Part shown: piece by piece, positions 61,612 to 64,000 of the stretch
Layout of the letters: every line of letters begins with the position of its first letter
Position numbering within the stretch: position 1 is the first letter of the stretch
Source: an uncultured Aliarcobacter sp.
GTDB lineage: Bacteria > Campylobacterota > Campylobacteria > Campylobacterales > Arcobacteraceae
NCBI GenBank assembly: GCA_963664305.2
Contig: CAXXLV010000002.1
Span: 288,001 to 352,000, forward strand
Length of the DNA: 64,000 bases
Direction: 5' to 3'
Notes under the pieces: generated by a model
Databases searched by the model: none
What the model was told of the DNA's origin: nothing
The model's input: the letters and a program-made list of their open reading frames with translations, nothing else
Made by a program: the position numbers and the translations under genes

Positions 61612-62736
61612 ATGGAAAAAGAGTTACAACTAAAAGATTTATATGATGGTTTTAGAGATGCAAAAGTTATAAAAGCATATAAAAAACTAATAGATGAAGA
61701 TTTAAAAGATTATGATGGAACAATAAATATCATGGAAGTTTGTGGAGGACACACTCATACTATTATGAAGTATGGAATACCACAACTTTTAAATAAAAAA
61801 ATAAATTTTATCCATGGTCCTGGCTGTCCTGTTTGTGTTATGCCAAAAGATAGAATAGATAGTGCTTATGAGTTAAGTTTACAAAAAGATGTAATACTTG
61901 TAACCCTTGGAGATATGATAAAAGTTCCAGGAAGTAAGGGAAGTTTACAAAAAGCAAGAAGTGAAGGTGCTGATGTAAGATTTGTTTATTCTCCTATGGA
62001 TTGTTTGAAAATTGCAGATGAGAACAAAGATAAAACAGTAGTATTTTTTGCAATAGGTTTTGAAACAACAACTCCAATGACTTGTGCTTTAATGGAACAA
62101 GTTATAAAACAAGATATAAAAAATATTCTGTTTCATATAAATCATATAACAGTACCTGAAGTAATGCGTGTATTAGTACAAAATAGTGATTGTAAAATAA
62201 ATGCTTTTTTAGGACCATCACATGTTAGCGTAATAAGTGGAAGTAAAATATATGAAGAGTTTCCACGAGATTATAATAAACCAGTTGTTGTAAGTGGATT
62301 TGAACCAGTAGATGTTATGCAAAGTATCTCTATGATTGTAAAACAGTTCAAAGAAAAAAGGGCTGATTTAGAAGTGGAGTATAAAAGACTTGTTTCTTAT
62401 GAGGGAAATCTAAAAGCTCAAGAACTTATAAATAAATACTTCAAAAAAGTTCCTTTCAAATTTAGAGGAGTGGGTGAGGTAGAAGATAGTGGTTATGAAC
62501 TAAAAGATGAGTTTGATAAATACAACGCAAAAATAGTTTATAAAGATATATTACCAACACAAGAAGTAAAAGAGAACAAAGCTTGTAAATGTCCTGAGAT
62601 TTTAATGGGAGTTGCAAAACCAACTGATTGTAAAATCTTTGGAAATGTATGTACTCCAACAAACCCTGTTGGTTCTTGTATGGTTAGTAGTGAAGGTGCT
62701 TGTAGTGCTTATTATAAATATGGGAATTTGTTGTAA
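61612..62736 (+). CDS. hypD: Hydrogenase maturation protein HypD
   Basis: EVCGGHTH, GPGCPVC, GFETT, CMVSSEGAC. Confidence 0.97.
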   Translation: MEKELQLKDLYDGFRDAKVIKAYKKLIDEDLKDYDGTINIMEVCGGHTHTIMKYGIPQLLNKKINFIHGPGCPVCVMPKDRIDSAYELSLQKDVILVTLGDMIKVPGSKGSLQKARSEGADVRFVYSPMDCLKIADENKDKTVVFFAIGFETTTPMTCALMEQVIKQDIKNILFHINHITVPEVMRVLVQNSDCKINAFLGPSHVSVISGSKIYEEFPRDYNKPVVVSGFEPVDVMQSISMIVKQFKEKRADLEVEYKRLVSYEGNLKAQELINKYFKKVPFKFRGVGEVEDSGYELKDEFDKYNAKIVYKDILPTQEVKENKACKCPEILMGVAKPTDCKIFGNVCTPTNPVGSCMVSSEGACSAYYKYGNLL

Positions 62737-63951
62737 ATGAGGAATGATAATCAAGATTTATTAATTTCATATTTAGATTATGAATTTAGTCAATTAAACT
62801 TGTATTTAACAGAAAAACAATTAAATAGTATTTCTAAACAATTAGTTACACCAAATCTAAATTCTATAAATTTTAGTTTTACAAAAGAACAATTGTTAAA
62901 TACAAAATATTCTAAAGAAGAAGATACGGTTGAAGATGTTTTAAATATATTAAGAAATAAAGAACAACAATTAGAAAAATTTATTAATTTATCTGATGAT
63001 GAAAGAGGAGAATATAGTACTTCTTTAGCTAAAAGAATTGCTAAAGAAAGATTATCTTTTTTATATAAAAATATTCCTAATTATTTCATTGAATTAAAAA
63101 ATGCTAATTATATGGTAAAAGAGAATGTAGATAAGATATGGGGACAAGCATTAGATTTATTTGAATTATTAATAAATACAGCTATAGATATAACTACACA
63201 TTTTGATGTATCAAAACTAGAATACTTTAATGAGAATATTGATTTGTATGATGCTTTACAAAGATTACAAGGAAGAGCTTGTTTATTATCAAATGAAATA
63301 TTAGTACTTTTAAGAGCAGGTTTTGCAGATGGTGCATATGCTAGATGTAGAACATTATATGAAACAATGGTAATAAGTTGTTTTATAGCTGATAATGGAA
63401 ATGAAACTGCTAAAAGATATTTAGATTATAGTATTGTTAATGGCTTAAATGAAGCAAGACTGTTTACTAAATATAATGAGATATTTGAAGATGACATGAA
63501 TGATGAAGAAATTGAAGAATTAGAAAAAGAAGTAGATAAGTTAAAACAACAATATAGTGAACAATTTATTAAGGGTGATTATAATTGGGCATTAAATATA
63601 ATTCAACCTAAAAATGGAAAGAAAATTCAATTTTGGGAAATAGAAGCCAAAGTTGATTTTAAAAATATGAAATCATTTCATAAATCATCAAGTAATAATA
63701 TACATTCCGCTTCTTCTAGTTTATATTTTCATAGAGCTTTACATAATGCAGATTCACATAAAATTCTTATGGGTGCAAGTGATTTAGGAATAGGAATTCC
63801 TTGTGAATTAGCTTCTTACTTCATTAATATTGCTACTTCAAATTTAATATTATATAAAGCAGAAAAAATTGAACATCTAATAGAAATATCTTTATTGAAT
63901 CTACTAAGAGAAGATTTACAAAAGTGTTTAGATAAAATTGAAGTAAATTAA
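62737..63951 (+). CDS. Hypothetical helical protein, DUF5677-like
   Basis: GFADGAYARCRTLYE and FHKSSSNNIH resemble DUF5677 motifs as recalled; not verified by search. Confidence 0.55.
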   Translation: MRNDNQDLLISYLDYEFSQLNLYLTEKQLNSISKQLVTPNLNSINFSFTKEQLLNTKYSKEEDTVEDVLNILRNKEQQLEKFINLSDDERGEYSTSLAKRIAKERLSFLYKNIPNYFIELKNANYMVKENVDKIWGQALDLFELLINTAIDITTHFDVSKLEYFNENIDLYDALQRLQGRACLLSNEILVLLRAGFADGAYARCRTLYETMVISCFIADNGNETAKRYLDYSIVNGLNEARLFTKYNEIFEDDMNDEEIEELEKEVDKLKQQYSEQFIKGDYNWALNIIQPKNGKKIQFWEIEAKVDFKNMKSFHKSSSNNIHSASSSLYFHRALHNADSHKILMGASDLGIGIPCELASYFINIATSNLILYKAEKIEHLIEISLLNLLREDLQKCLDKIEVN

Positions 63952-63961
63952 GGAAATAAAA

Positions 63962-64000
63962 ATGAAAAAACTAGCATTCATTGGCGTTGGTGTTATGGGA
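63962..64000 (+). CDS. NAD(P)-dependent dehydrogenase (3-hydroxyisobutyrate dehydrogenase-like), 5' fragment
   Basis: AAGGA SD; MKKLAFIGVGVMG Rossmann start. Confidence 0.65.
   Translation, partial: MKKLAFIGVGVMG

Noticed and set aside
2550..62662. Many 60-112 aa ORFs antisense to or nested in long genes (e.g. 2550-2753, 12792-13034, 59864-60202, 60463-60663)
   Set aside because: Shadow frames of well-supported genes; their sequences mirror the codon bias of the real gene

Overview
Very AT-rich chromosomal window from a Campylobacterota bacterium, most likely Arcobacteraceae (inferred from gene content and TGnTAWAAT promoters). In order it holds: a beta-oxidation operon ending in an acyltransferase that runs off the left edge; def, a PAS-GGDEF protein and acnB; a hydrogen-metabolism region (TetR, cytoplasmic group 2d-type [NiFe] hydrogenase, membrane-bound hydABCD, two degenerate HypF/HydE-like proteins, a ferritin-like/VIT1 protein, hypF, an orphan Cys-type formate dehydrogenase); housekeeping and hypothetical genes; a guanidine utilisation operon; an MCP; and a second hydrogenase maturation locus (NifX-like His-rich protein, hypBCD). 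No rRNA, tRNA, CRISPR array or intact mobile element was seen. Best leads: (1) a TGAAT-N4-ATTCA operator shared by three hydrogenase-related promoter regions spanning about 43 kb, plausibly read by the local TetR, which appears to start at ATT; (2) a catalytically dead, leaderless IS1595-transposase derivative divergent from the hyp locus, possibly domesticated; (3) a guanidine-II riboswitch inside an operon already headed by a guanidine-I riboswitch. Family assignments come from recognised motifs, not database searches.
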